Assembly: GCA_002269645.1 (NCBI GenBank)
Contig: NIVC01001795.1
Coordinates: forward strand, 62,001 to 126,000
Reading direction: 5' to 3'
From: Macrostomum lignano
Taxonomy: Eukaryota
DNA: 64,000 bases
Shown here: positions 35,422-50,860 of the stretch, piece after piece
Numbering within the stretch: position 1 is the stretch's first letter
How the letters are laid out: every line of letters starts with the position of its first letter
Made by a program: the position numbers and the translations under genes
Notes under the pieces: generated by a model
What the model saw: the letters and a program-made list of their open reading frames with translations, nothing else
Told to the model about the DNA's origin: nothing
The model's database searches: none

Positions 35422-37387
35422 ATGTCTCTGGCATTAGCGAGTGTCTCATGACCCAATGTCTCTGGCACTAGTGAGTGTCTCATGACCCAATGTCTCTGGC
35501 ATTAGTGAGTGTCTCATGACCCAATGTCTCTGGCACTAGTGAGTGTCTCATGACCCAATGTCTCTGGCACTAGTGAGTGTCTCATGACCCAATGTCTCTG
35601 GCACTAGTGAGTGTCTCATGACCCAATGTCTCTGGCACTAGCGAGTGTCTCATGACCCAATGTCTCTGGCATTAGTGAGTGTCTCATGACCCAATGTCTC
35701 TGGCACTAGTGAGTGTCTCATGACCCAATGTCTCTGGCACTAGTGAGTGTCTCATGACCCAATGTCTCTGGCACTAGTGAGTGTCTCATGACCCAATGTC
35801 TCTGGCACTAGTGAGTGTCTCATGACCCAATGTCTCTGGCACTAGCGAGTGTCTCATGACCCAATGTCTCTGGCATTAGTGAGTGTCTCATGACCCAATG
35901 TCTCTGGCACTAGTGAGTGTCTCATGACCAAATGTCTCTGGCACTAGTGAGTGTCTCATGACCCAATGTCTCTGGCACTAGTGAGTGTCTCATGACCCAA
36001 TGTCTCTGGCACTAGTGAGTGTCTCATGACCCAATGTCTCTGGCACTAGTGAGTGTCTGACGACCCAATGTCTCTGGCATTAGTGAGTGTCTCATGACCA
36101 AATGTCTCTGGCACTAGTGAGTGTCTCATGACCCAATGTCTCTGGCACTAGTGAGTGTCTCATGACCCAATGTCTCTGGCACTAGTGAGTGTCTCATGAC
36201 CCAATGTCTCTGGCACTAGTGAGTGTCTGACGACCCAATGTCTCTGGCATTAGTGAGTGTCTCATGACCCAATGTCTCTGGCACTAGTGAGTGTCTCATG
36301 ACCCAATGTCTCTGGCACTAGTGAGTGTCTCATGACCCAATGTCTCTGGCACTAGTGAGTGTCTCATGACCCAATGTCTCTGGCACTAGTGAGTGTCTCA
36401 TGACCCAATGTCTCTGGCACTAGCGAGTGTCTCATGACCCAATGTCTCTGGCATTAGCGAGTGTCTCATGACCCAATGTCTCTGGCATTAGTGAGTGTCT
36501 CATGACCCAATGTCTCTGGCATTAGTGAGTGTCTCATGACCTAATGTCTCTGGCATTAGCGAGTGTCTCATGACCCAATGTCTCTGGCACTAGTGAGTGT
36601 CTCATGACCCAATGTCTCTGGCACTAGTGAGTGTCTCATGACCCAATGTCTCTGGCACTAGCGAGTGTCTCATGACCCAATGTCTCTGGCATTAGTGAGT
36701 GTCTCATGACCCAATGTCTCTGGCACTAGTGAGTGTCTCATGACCCAATGTCTCTGGCACTAGTGAGTGTCTCATGACCCAATGTCTCTGGCACTAGTGA
36801 GTGTCTCATGACCCAATGTCTCTGGCACTAGTGAGTGTCTCATGACCCAATGTCTCTGGCACTAGTGAGTGTCTCATGACCCAATGTCTCTGGCACTAGC
36901 GAGTGTCTCATGACCCAATGTCTCTGGCATTAGCGAGTGTCTCATGACCCAATGTCTCTGGCATTAGTGAGTGTCTCATGACCCAATGTCTCTGGCATTA
37001 GTGAGTGTCTCATGACCCAATGTCTCTGGCATTAGCGAGTGTCTCATGACCCAATGTCTCTGGCACTAGTGAGTGTCTCATGACCCAATGTCTCTGGCAC
37101 TAGTGAGTGTCTCATGACCCAATGTCTCTGGCACTAGTGAGTGTCTCATGACCCAATGTCTCTGGCACTAGTGAGTGTCTCATGACCCAATGTCTCTGGC
37201 ACTAGCGAGTGTCTCATGACCCAATATCTCTGGCATTAGCGAGTGTCTCATGACCCAATGTCTCTGGCATTAGTGAGTGTCTCATGACCTAATATCTCTG
37301 GCATTAGTGAGTGTCTCATGACCCAATGTCTCTGGCATTAGCGAGTGTCTCATGACCCAATGTCTCTGGCATTAGTGAGTGTCTCAT
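35422..37387. repeat. 34-bp minisatellite, about 58 copies, with a local 5-unit (170-bp) higher-order repeat
   Basis: Unit ATGTCTCTGGCACTAGTGAGTGTCTCATGACCCA; rare variants recur at 35926/36096 and 36051/36221. Confidence 0.96.
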
Positions 37388-38224
37388 TACAGAGCTTCAA
37401 ACCACAGTTGTCAGGCCTTCCAATGCATTGAATTCGCTCTGAGTCAAACATGTGAGAGCAATCTCAGGAATATAAAGGCGTTAATCCCCAGCCCACTGGC
37501 TCCGAGGCCTCTTAAAAAAGCCCCAACCAACAGAAGCAACAGCAGGCCTTGCTGAAGCAAAGCACAGTTTGTCAATCTGCTCAGACAATGTGACTCACTG
37601 GCTTATATGACAGCCTTTGGTGACCTCCTCAGCCCCCAATGTCACCTTGAAGCCTGTTTGAATATCATTACTGCATATAGCACAAAGGAAACAATAGCTT
37701 AGGGGGGGGGGTTTCGGTTGGGGACAAAAAATGCAACTCCAGGCTTTGAATAATTATGCGCGCTGCAGTTTTTTGTTTTTGTTGGCCATCCGCCCGAGGG
37801 GATCCCCAGCAGCCCCCCCCCCCACCGAGTGTGGGAGATTTTCCGGATGGGAAAGCGGCAGCAGATCCCGGGCTATCCAATGCCATTCTTGACCCCGCCG
37901 GGCTGTGTCGCAGCAGAAATAGCAGAGCGCAGACAGGCAGCTGCCAGTTACAGGTAATTTGTAGGGAACACAGCGATTGCATTATCCGGTTAGGCGGGCA
38001 TCCCCAGTACCGTTTCTTTACTCTCGGCCCGTAAGGGAAGAGGATAGGATGAGGGGACAGAGGAGAGACTCCCCTTGGCTTGAAGTTTCTCCTTCCGTTT
38101 CCACTCTGCTTTCCCTATTCAAGTTGGCTCGACCCGCTGCGACTGACTCAACGCGCAGTGATATTGAATTCTTTTTGGGATACAGGAAGGACTGTTAGAT
38201 ATCCATCCACTGCTTTTTAACTGA

Positions 38225-38640
38225 GAATGGGAGATGCTGGAGAAGGATAAGAGAGAAGGGAGGGAGAGATGAGAGAGGAGTGAGGGAGAGATAAGAAAGA
38301 AGGAGTGAGGGAGAGATGAGAGAGAAGGGAGGGAGAGATGAGAGAGAAGAGGAGAGAAGATAGTAGGGAGGAGAGATAAGAAAGAAGAAGGGAGGGAGAG
38401 ATAAGAGAGAAGGAGGCAGGGAGAGATGAGAGAGAAGGAGGCAGGGAGAGATGAGAGAGAAGGCAGGGAGAGATAAGAGAGAAGAGAAGAGATAGAGAGA
38501 ACGGAGGGAGAGATGAGAGAGAAGGGAGAGAGATGAGAGAGAAAAGAGAGAGAGATAAGAGAGAGAGATAAGAGAGAAGAGGAGAGGTGAGAGAAAACGG
38601 AGAGGGATAAGAGCTAAGGGAGGGAGAGATAAGAAAGAAG
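38225..38640. repeat. AG-rich polypurine tract
   Basis: Composition. Confidence 0.9.
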
Positions 38641-38756
38641 GGAATCCGGAAGAAACAAAAAAGACCAGCCATTCCAAGTCTAAGTGTTTCAAATAATGAA
38701 TCCGGGACTAAACAACTGGCAATCAGCGCTGACTAAAGAGATCAATGCCTAACATG

Positions 38757-39589
38757 TGTCATGAATGTGTTATGACAATGTGCTCTTTGCTTAGTTGCTG
38801 CACCGGGCCAGTGGGCCGTCCTCTCCCCCTCCCCCCTCCTTAGATATTTTCTGACTCACTCACCTGCACTTCTGCGCGTGCGTACCCCTCCCCTCCCTGC
38901 CTAGACCTTTTCTGTTGAGTCAACCCCCCATGCTCTGCGTGCGACCCCCCCCCCTGTGCGACCCCGCCCATTATTTTGTTAGCTTTGCTGCCCGCCCCTG
39001 TTTGTGATTGGCTGCCAGTCCCAGTCTGCCGTGCTGCGCCCCGGCGATTGGCTGGTACAGCTCATGCGTTGCCTTGGCTGATGTCTAAGCCCCCTTTTCT
39101 GCCTTTATCCCGCGCCCTCGACCCCCAGTTTGCTGCCTATTTATTCGGCCCCCTTGAGACCCCATTCTCGTCGTCTTCGTGGCTCCTCGGCGATTGTGCC
39201 AGCGTTGGTTGCTGAATTGCTATTCCTCGCAGAATTGCTAGACAAATATATAAGTAAAGAATATCGAGATCACCACTGCTCTGACGGCGCTGTTTCTTGT
39301 ACGACTGAAATCGCGGCTGGTAAGCCTTCCAATTTGTACGTCATTTGGGTCTGCATCTGTACTAGGCACCTTAGAGGGATTAAGTGCGTCGTACGCCGGT
39401 CCCACCCCAAGCAGCTCTGCGTCGTACGCGAGTCTGTAGGCTGTCGTGCGTCGTACGCTCGAGCAGCCTAGTCCCGACGGACACCGCGTCGTACGCGTGT
39501 CAGTGGAGGACCGCAGCCAGGGTCAGTACACGAACCCGGGTCTGGGAAAGGGGCACGAAAGGACCGAGCCCTTGAGCCCCATCATCACA
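38757..39589 (+). mobile_element. Solo LTR, 833 bp, Ty3/Gypsy-like by its 4-bp TSD
   Basis: Termini TGTCATG...CATCACA (6/7 inverted match), flanked on both sides by CATG (38753-38756, 39590-39593); internal CCAAT boxes (ATTGG at about 39007 and 39047), GC boxes and TATATAA at 39247. Orientation is inferred from the TATA. Confidence 0.68.
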
Positions 39590-39955
39590 CATGCCTGTGG
39601 GGTATTCAGACTTGATCCCTGGCCCACTTTGACTTCATGCGTGGCTGCGTGCACGACATTTTTTATTATCGTATTTTCACTTTGAAGTTGCCGCTCACTG
39701 CCATAGAAACTGCCCTTCTGTTTCTGCCGCTCGACTGGGTCTTTTCAAATCCCATTGGGCCATACGGGCAGATCCCATTGTCATTATTATCCCCGCTGCT
39801 GAAGAACAGGAAAATGCATTGTTCTAAAAATTGCTCTCCATGCATGATTAAAATTGCTGCTTTTACAATGCTAATAAATGAGCAACAGGGTTGTGAATAG
39901 CTCGCTGGGTATTGCTGAGCTTTTCTTTGTTTATCTGGGAGTTTTTTTTAGAGAT

Positions 39956-40260
39956 TATCTGTATCAGATAGAATCTGTCAGATAGAGTCTGTGTCAGATA
40001 GAATCTGTGTCAGATAGAATCTGTGTCGGATAGAATCTGTGTCAGATGGACTCTGTGTCAGCTAGAATCTGTGTCAGATAGAATCTGTGTCAGATAGAAT
40101 CTGTATCAGATAGAATCTGTGTCAAATAACATCTGTGTCAGATAGAATCTGTGTCAGATAGAATCTGTCAGATAGAATCAGTGTCAGATAGAATCTGTGT
40201 CAAATAGAATCTGTGTCAGATAGAATCAGTGTCAAATAACATCTGTGTCAGATAGAATCT
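39956..40260. repeat. 16-bp minisatellite (CAGATAGAATCTGTGT)
   Basis: Direct periodicity. Confidence 0.93.
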
Positions 40261-40913
40261 GACGCAGAGCCGCAAAGTCGTGACTCAGAGTGGCGGTCGC
40301 AAGAATCAATGGAAAAGGCCCTAGGAATCATTTAGATTCAGGGGAGGGGGTTCAGAGCTCATCGAAGTCGCTGCTACAAAGCCGGCTCCAAGGCCTCTCA
40401 GCATCCAAAAATACTTTAAGGGTTTAGCAGCCCGAAAGCAGAAAAGCACCTGTGGCTCACTGGAGTCACCAAAGCAGGAAGTCTTTTTGTCCGTTTTCCA
40501 GGCAACAAAGGAAAGCCGTGGCTCTCCGTGCCCTCGTTGCTTTCTTTCTCTTCTCTTCTCTCTCTCTCAGTTTCTCAAGCTGAGTGCCGGCACAGGGTGG
40601 GGGAGTTTAGCGACTTTTGTCCTTGTTGCATTGTGCTCCACCCGACCCTCTCTGTCAGCCTGCAAACTTTTCTTTTCTATCAACTCCCAGAGCGGAGAAG
40701 TAGAGAGGAATTTCTTGAACCAGAAGTTCCGCAGCGCTGGTGACGCTCCCGAGCGCCCTGGGATTATTGAGCTGGGATGGGGAGAAGCCGGGGTTCGACT
40801 CTGCACTGCTCAGCTCAAGCGGAAATCCTGGCGTGGGTCTGAAGTTTGGGTGCGGATATCGACCTCTGCTGGCTTCCAGGGGATTCAGAGAGGGGTAAAG
40901 AAAGTACTTAGCG

Positions 40914-41736
<823 letters not shown>

Positions 41737-44471
41737 GGCCTCGCTAATTTCAAAACAGCAAAACCGAATTCCACAATCTAAGTTTTAAAGTTTAGTAAAT
41801 TCTTCACAACTGACGCGCGAGTTGACTATTTGTGCGACAGGAAAGTTCAAAGAAATGAATTATTGGTGTGTATTAAGAATCGATAATGAAAAGGTCCGCC
41901 TGCATGGGCTTTCACATGCCCTGTGGTCCCCCTGCTCAGTCTCGTCCGCCAGTCGCCACAAATCTCGGAGCCTCCGATAGAAAAAAAGACTGCAAATCCT
42001 CGAGCTGGGATTTTCAACCGACTGAGTCCAGCTCACTGGGAAATGGTCAGCGGTCCCACGGGGGGGATGATGAGGTACAGAGGCTGAGTCAGCCGGTCCC
42101 CAGCTACCCACGGGGCAACACAGGAGCGACAACTGCGCGAGAACTGGGTTGGGACAGCAACAGACAGAAATCAGCCCCCAATTTGCGGCCTATGGCTACG
42201 CAGGTCCCAAATTGCTTTGCATAATGCAATTGCTGGCCCTGTCTGCATTATTATTTCTATCTTGTCTTTATCGAAGCCACCCCGTCACTTTCCCTGCATG
42301 GCTAACTGGGGGGCTGCTGCTGATGCAACAAACTAAAAACTGACTTGGGACTTGCGTGGACTGCTTCATTTTTCTCCCCATTGAATTGAATTGTCTTCCC
42401 CATTGCGGCCATCCCCCCCCGCCTCTCCCGTAGCAATTAAGTGAAGCGAGAATTAGCGTAGCCTCATTGTCTCTCAGCCCCGTCAGTGCGTGTTCTCCTC
42501 TAATATTCTCCCATCTCCTCATCTGGCAGAGAGCTGAGGGAGACTGTGGAGCCGCATCAGCTCCTTTGGAAGCGAAAACCAAAGCTGCAGCTCCTCCCAT
42601 CCCCAGCACCCTGACAGCCAAGGGACTTTTCCCCCAAAGCTCCTTCTCGCCATCTTCGCTTCCCATCCCATCTCGATCCCGCGCTCCGCTTCCTCAAAAA
42701 TCCCTCCAAGAATTTGCCCATGGCTCCATTTTTTACACACAGCGTGTGGCGAAGTGATTACAGCGGCAGGCAAAGCTAATTAATAGAGATCTCAGCAGAT
42801 CCCCGGCACCCTGATCCCCGACCTCGGCCTCTGCTTCTCCGGCCGTGACTTTTCGCTCCGCTCGGGGGCTCCAGCGACGACTTGATAAAATTGATGAGGC
42901 GTCCCCAGGGTCCCACAGCTGCCTGATCGACTTTCGAGGAGCTCGAACTTGGGACCCTAGAGTGTACTTTTAGTGACACCAAGGAACACCGCCAGAAATC
43001 CGAAATTTGAAACCAAACTTCTTTTCTATTTTCAGACTGGTTTTTTTATAATTAGAGACAATTCGTTTATTCGGGTTCATCTTTCTCTAAATTTGGGACA
43101 GCTCTTCAAGCCCAGGACAGGCGGGGGCCCCATGGCAACCAAAGCCAATTACCGTCTGTAGCAACATTTGATTCCCGTCAAAGATTTTTTGGGAGATTTT
43201 AGTTTTCTAACTGGGGCAACTGGGATCGCCGATGATCCCAGGAAAAACTGAGCGGGTGGGGGAAGTTGAGAGCGGAAAGTTTGAAACTAAAATAATCTTT
43301 TGCTACAAGAGAAGAGAACCTTGTCCAACACACTTCTGCTCTCTGCACTGCTTTGCTATTTTCTGTCGTGCTTAAAGAAAATTTCAATGCAATCGAAGAA
43401 GCAAGAAGGAGCAAGCAAAGCGGGGAACGCTGCTTTTCCATCACGGGATCCAAACCGGGGCCTGAAGAGGCAAAGCACTTCAATTGGTTAACCAGCAATT
43501 CCTGGATTGTCGGGCGGCTCCATCATCCAGTCTCCTCAGCGGCCCTCCTCAGGGAATGAGAGCGGGTTTTGTTCGAGCACTGGCATATCGATTCCTTCCG
43601 AATTTCCTGCACTTTACCGGCGTTGGGACTGGCGCGCTCGAGACGGGAGGAGCCGCTTGAAAATTTAACACCGAGGGTCATCTGGTTTGCAGCATCCCCC
43701 GTCTCGACTGCCTGTCTCTCTTCTAGGAGGAAAATTAACGGCTTCTTCTGCCTGTGCAATCGCAGAGCAGCCCCGCCCCCCCCCCCCGCCTCATCTGTGA
43801 ATTTTAATTCCCAATTCCAACCAATGCCCGACGAAAGCCAGCGAGCTCCCACCGAGGCTGCGCTGGGGCCGGAAATGCGAATGATTGTGGCAAAATAAAT
43901 CTGTACAACTCAGATCTGATTTGGGAATTGGGAAGCGCCGAGAACACAGGCCGCTGTGCTCTGGTGCAGCTTCTCTGAAACTCTGCTCATACTCCCTCAT
44001 CACTCCAACCTTCGTATTTCTCATGGACTGAAAGAACCTGGCAAGCAAGGCTTCTGCTCAATCAATTTCTGAATCTGTGAAAAACACACCGATTTGAGTT
44101 CAGTCTGGCATTTTTCTGGGTTATTAATTCTGTGCTCTGTGCTGTACACATTTTTTTAATAATAATAATATAGTCTTAGTTCATGCAGAGTCTTTGTTTC
44201 AGAACCGAGACGAGGTGGGGGACCCCCGCGGTCGTTGCCACAGGGGGTTGTGGAAGTCCCTGTGTGGCCTCTTGAGTAAAAAATGTTGGGGGTTCGAAGC
44301 AAAACAGCGCCATACGCGCCACTGCAGCTCAACTGAGTTCATTCAAAAACAACCCCACGAGTTCTCAGGAGCTCCCAGCGTGCGGCGGTTGTAAAACACA
44401 CGAGCTCAAGTTCAATGGGCAAATGAGCTCATGCTCTATATAAATGCTATGCATGTTGGTTGTCCTTCGTT

Positions 44472-44891
<420 letters not shown>

Positions 44892-45537
44892 TTATTGGTC
44901 ACGTTTCTCTCGAATTCGTCACTCCAAATGCCATTCACCGGAGCCCCTCGAAGCCGGACCAATCTGTCTGGAGTTATTGTAATGCTAATTTATATTTTCC
45001 TTGACTCTCCAAGGTCCCCCAGGCCCCCAGCCCCGCTCTATCAGTTGCCCCCGCTCGGAAGTCATGAGATAAAAGCAATGGGATTCCCTAAAGAGGATCA
45101 AAGTTGACTTCCCCAGCCCCACCAGACAGATAAAGAAATTCTTCCTCAACCGCAGCTAACAGCAGATTCGAGCCGCCAGTGATAAATTTGAGTCTTTGTA
45201 CCAACCAAGACGGCAGGCAGACAGAGCCCTGGCGTTATTTATCACCCCACACCACCTGGCCTCCAGTCTGATCCCAAATCCCCTTCTGAAAATTGGCAGC
45301 CGGAATTATTTGTTGCATAACTCCGCAGAACACAGATAAATTGACAGTCGAAAGGTTGAAATAAATCTGCGCTGCTTTTTGTCTGCCTTTTTCAGATTGG
45401 GAAGAATCCCTCCTACCTGAGCCAATTGGCAGCGAGACAGGTGCGGCTGATAGGGCGATTCAACATGTGATTGACGCGGGCAACTGGGGAGATTATGGGT
45501 TGGGAGGCTCAATCATAAGCAAATGGTATCAGAAGGT

Positions 45538-45762
45538 AAAAATGGCACTAGAATTCCCAAAAATGGCACTAGAATTCCCCAAAATGGCACTTGAATTCCC
45601 CAAAATGGCATTGAACTCCCCAAAATGGCACTTGAAATCCCCAAAATGGCATTGAACTCCCCAAAATGGCACTTGAAATCCCCTAAATGGCACTTGAAAT
45701 CCCCTAAATGGCACTTGAAATACCAAACAAAATTGAAAATTGAAATTCCAAAATGGCACTTG
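45538..45762. repeat. 21-bp minisatellite (CAAAATGGCACTTGAATTCCC)
   Basis: Direct periodicity. Confidence 0.9.
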
Positions 45763-45870
45763 CTCTTTAAAACCCCAACAAGAGGCCCTTAAAGCTCTCG
45801 AACTCAAAATTACTCGAATAGAAAACTAAAAAACTTCAACAAATCAATTTTAACAAACTGCTTGACTCAC

Positions 45871-46277
45871 CTTGAAATCAGAAATTCCTTCGAAAACAAA
45901 ATATTTGAAGCAAATTTCAACTCGATCTCAAACTCGACTCATCGCTCTCAAGCCTCGGATCGGTGGGCAGTTTTTGATGGCGACAGACTGATGACGAACG
46001 GCTGCCAGTCTCCGGGCGGGAATCTGGTTGGGCGAGTCAAAGTTGGGAATTGCGGGATTTTGTCGCAAATTGGTAACTGGTCAATTTCTGTTGCTCGGCA
46101 TTGTTCGATCTTGGAAGCGTCTTCTTGCTACACGAAGACCGCACAGACCAGAGCTCTTCTGCTTTTGCAGCGGCAAGAAATTCCCTCGCAAAGAAATGAA
46201 AGCCTCTCTAAACACAGGGGGTGAAGCAGCCGAGCTCCCATTGGCTGGCCGCGGCTGGCGCTGACAGCCAATGGGAG
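45871..46277 (-). promoter_or_regulatory. Candidate promoter (inverted CCAAT pair) plus non-coding first exon ending at an AAG|GTGAGT donor
   Basis: Perfect 13-bp inverted repeat CTCCCATTGGCTG (46235-46247) / CAGCCAATGGGAG (46265-46277); consensus donor at 45871/45870 on the protocadherin strand. Confidence 0.4.
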
Positions 46278-46344
46278 ACTCGATGGCTTCAGAGGCAGCT
46301 CGAGTGAGGCCTGGGCCAGCGCCAGGCAGGGACCTGAGAGCTCC

Positions 46345-46830
46345 CCTCATCTCACCCTCTTCTCTGCCTCCCTACATCTCACCCTCTTCTCTGCCTCCCT
46401 TCATCTACCTCTCTATCCTCTGTCTCCCTTCATCTTCCCCCTCAACCTACTGTCTCCTTTCATCTCCGTCTATTCCTACTGTCTCCCTTCATCTCCGTCT
46501 ATTCCTACTGTCTCCCTTCATCTCCCCCTCAACGTAATATCTCCCTGCATCTCCCTCTCTACCTACTGTCTCCTTTCATCTCCTTCTCTACCTACTGACT
46601 CCCTTCACCTTCATCTTACCCAGTCTCTCCCTACATCTTCCTTTCTACCCTCTGTCTCCCTACATCTCCCTCTCTACCCTCCGTCTCCCTTCATCTTCCT
46701 CTCTACCCTCTGTCTCCCTGCATCTCCCCCTCAACCTACTGTCTCCTTTCATCTCCATCTTACCCACTCCCTCCCTACATCTCCCTCTCTACCCTCTGTC
46801 TCCCTACATCTCACCCTTCTACCCCAGCTT
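46345..46830. repeat. CT-rich degenerate tandem repeat
   Basis: Composition and imperfect periodicity. Confidence 0.85.
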
Positions 46831-49800
46831 CCCTCTTTTGCAGCGCCGCGCCCATCTAATTCCCACCTGAAAATGGGGATAATCATACAGCTAATGCTGG
46901 GGATTCTGAGCAGCCCATCCGTGGCAGGCAGACATGGCACTGACAGAAATCGCTCTCATTTCGTTGATAAAAGCTTCTTCACAAAAGCCAAACCCATCTG
47001 GGAGTGAATGGCAATCGTTTGGGGGCAAAGAGCAGGGCCCGCATATTTCTCCTCACAGCAAGGCACAATGGAGAGGAGATCCCGTCCTACTTAGCCTTGG
47101 GAGCCGTTATTGTCGACAGCTTATGGGAGCAGAGATCTCAGGCGGGGATCGGTTCGCTGTGTTTGTGCTCACCGGGAGCTCTGATTTTGTTATTAAGCAA
47201 AAAATCGTGCATCGTCTGCTCCCTTTGTCTGGGCTCCGGCATTTCGCCTCGCAATCGGAGATTAAAAAATGACTATCTGGGTGAGAAATTAGTCGGCATT
47301 TTGGAGTATTTTTTCAGAGAAACAGGGGGAGTTAAAGGGATCCGAGAGCAATCAGGGAATTAAGTGCCTGCGATGCAATTGAATGATTGCAAATTCTTGT
47401 TGAGGATTGCTTGTTGAGGATGGAGAGGTCGAGCTGAGATGGGATCTGAATTTTGGGGATTTTATATTCTCAGAGGGGAGAGAGGGGAATGAGAGAAGAG
47501 AGAGGAGAAGGGAGAAGAGAGAGAGGAGATGAGTGGTGAGAGAAGGGAGAGAGGAGAAGGGAGAAGAGAGGGGAGATGAATGGTGAGAGAAGAGAGAGAG
47601 GAGAAGGGAGAGAGGAGATGAGGGGTAAGAGAAAGGAGAGAGGAGAAAAGAGAGGGGATATGACAGATGGGAGATGATGGGCAAACAGGAGGAGGGGGTA
47701 GCGAGTGAGTCTGCAACAGTTGATGCCACTGATAGCAGAAGAGTTTTTCGCACAGCGCGTCCTCCAGGCCAGGGCCGGACCGAAAGTGCCCTCAGTGTGT
47801 GCAGAAAAAATTTCTGTTTCATTGGAGCTCAGCCAGATCTGCTGAGCCGAAATTGAATTTCTATGCCAGCTTTAGTTATCTGCGCAGCTAGAAAAGGCAG
47901 ATAGGGGGGCAAGGTAGCAAAGCAGGTACAGGTAAAGGTACCAGGCTTAATCCTTTGTCCCTGCCTCGAAAGCGGAACGGAAGAGAGAGCTTCCACCTGC
48001 GCAATATATTCGTGCAAATCTCCGGGGCAATGATTTGATATTTAGGCTCGGGTTTGGATACAATCTCGGGCGGGTAAATCGCTGACTGAGCCTTCAAGAA
48101 TTCGCTGGTATGTTGCGGTTAAGAAGGCTCCGATCGGAGTGGCCGGCCCGCACTCTGCAGAGATTTACGCAGCGCTGCACGGAACCCCCCCCCCCGGCAG
48201 TTATTTAAGGTGAATTCGCGGCTGCAAGATGCATTTTACCGAGCGCTTGGTTGACATGGAAAGCACACAACAAGAGTGACTGTCAGGGAAGGGACAGCAC
48301 TATTTGCGAAGGACGCGTGCTGCTGACCATTAAGATGGAAGAAAAGCGCCGTGCAAAGTTTGCGTCAGTTCTGGCTGCTTTTTTGACATCAAGGAAGTTG
48401 GAAAAAACCAGCCCTTGGCCAAAGTACCGCAGAAGCGCCTGCCCGCCAATTCTCTATTATATGTAGGCCTGCAAACTTTCTGAAGTTTATCTCTTATGGC
48501 TCCGCTGTTGACGGAACCGCTCGCCTCTAGGGGCAGCAACGTGCCGAAGAAAGGTCGCTAAAGACGGACGCCCCCCCCCATTTCGCATTTTATAGAGAAG
48601 TCGCCGCCAATAAACCGATTTGCACAGCCAGAGCGAAGCCAGAAGCATAAATATTGACCGTGGTCGGCTCAATTCGCTGAATTCTGCCAGCTTCACCCAA
48701 CCCGAAAGCTGATGAGAACCGCCCATCGTGTTGTTAATGGACAGTTTATGGAGAGTTGAGTGGCACAAGAGGATTAAAATAAGCAGACAGACAGTCAAAG
48801 AGAAGCTAAGAATTTGTAAGGGAGCTGCGGTAAGCTGAACCCGAGGTCGCACACTAAAGGATATGCATTCAAACTCAAACATCAAACACACATCTGCCGT
48901 GATCACAATAACTGCAGATCACGCTTCGTTGGTCCATCATGAAAGCAATCGCCAGGTAACGTCGAATACGGCTACCTGTAGCCGGGGCAGCTGCCCGAAG
49001 ATTGACAGAGGACCGCTGGTCCAAGGCAGGGGTCAGGCCAGCCGTCCTCCCCCAGCGGGAGGTTCAAAGCGTTGCTAATGAGGACTTGGACGTCTGGAAA
49101 GAGGTGCAGATGATGGAAGCTGGAGTGATGCCATCGCCAATAATGGCGGGATAGACGGTTCCGCTTTGCTCCCCGCAAATTCGGATGGAAGCGCACCGCC
49201 TCCTCACGGAAGTGGCGGTTGAATCAGTGATGACTGAAATCGTGAGACCACCTGTGGGGTGGGGGCGGTGATTCTGCTCCTTTTCAATTTTTTGTTGCCT
49301 TCATAAAACTCTGGGCTCAGATTTTGGTGTCTCCCTGGTTTCAGTTGCCAAGCAGGTCACGGGTTTCAATATTCCGCTCCCCCCAGTCTGTTATCTCGTT
49401 ACTTTTTTGTTACAAACCCAGTGCAGCATCGACAGATATTTGAAACCGCGAGAGTTCTGCGCACAAAGACGAGCTGTCACTCCGGTGTCCATCGATCCGC
49501 CTTGTGGGTCGCCTTGTTTCTTCATTTGCGCGCCACCTTTTTTGCTTCTGGTCTTTCTGGTCCTCATCCATCATGACCGACCCCCGTGCAGCAGCCACTG
49601 ATTGATGAAGCGAACTGGGGCTGTTGCAGTTTCTTATTTTCACACCTGGACAGCTCAGACTCTTGAATGACTATTTTATTGGGGAATTTTTTCCCTGACA
49701 ATCACAGGAAATCCGCTGTCCAGCCTCCCATTCAACATCCTCATTAAGCGGCCGGTCATGTTTATGGCTGCTAATTCCCCCAGACATTTTATGACGGGCA

Positions 49801-50237
49801 CGGTTTACAGTTAAATGGCTACTTTTTTGCGGGGTCACCCCGTGCATGCAGATTCGCTCGTAAAATCATTTAATTGATGTCGAGCAGCCGGGGTGGCGAG
49901 TTGGTCACCAGATTCTGCATTTTCTGGCCGGGCTGAAATCCGGACACAGCGCTGAGAGGGCAGACTAAACAATGGGAGGGCAACCCGGGGACAACGCCCA
50001 GAATAAAGGAACACAAAACAGAAATTTTTGACGGCAAATTTTTTGTTTAAAATTACATCAATTTTGTTTTAATCTACAAACAGACAAGCGGACTGGGTGT
50101 GTCCGCATTTCCGCTTTTCCAATTCACTGAGTTTGAAAACCTGCATTTCATAATTAAGCCGTTTCAATCATTCATGACTCGGATATCCATTTTCAAATGA
50201 TTTGCCATCTCTTTGAGAGCAAACTCGCGCACCTCCT

Positions 50238-50860
<623 letters not shown>

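Noticed and set aside
39386-39496. CRISPR array (also considered for all tandem arrays)
   Set aside because: An 11-bp repeat with uneven spacers is too short, the other arrays have no unique spacers, and no cas genes are present.
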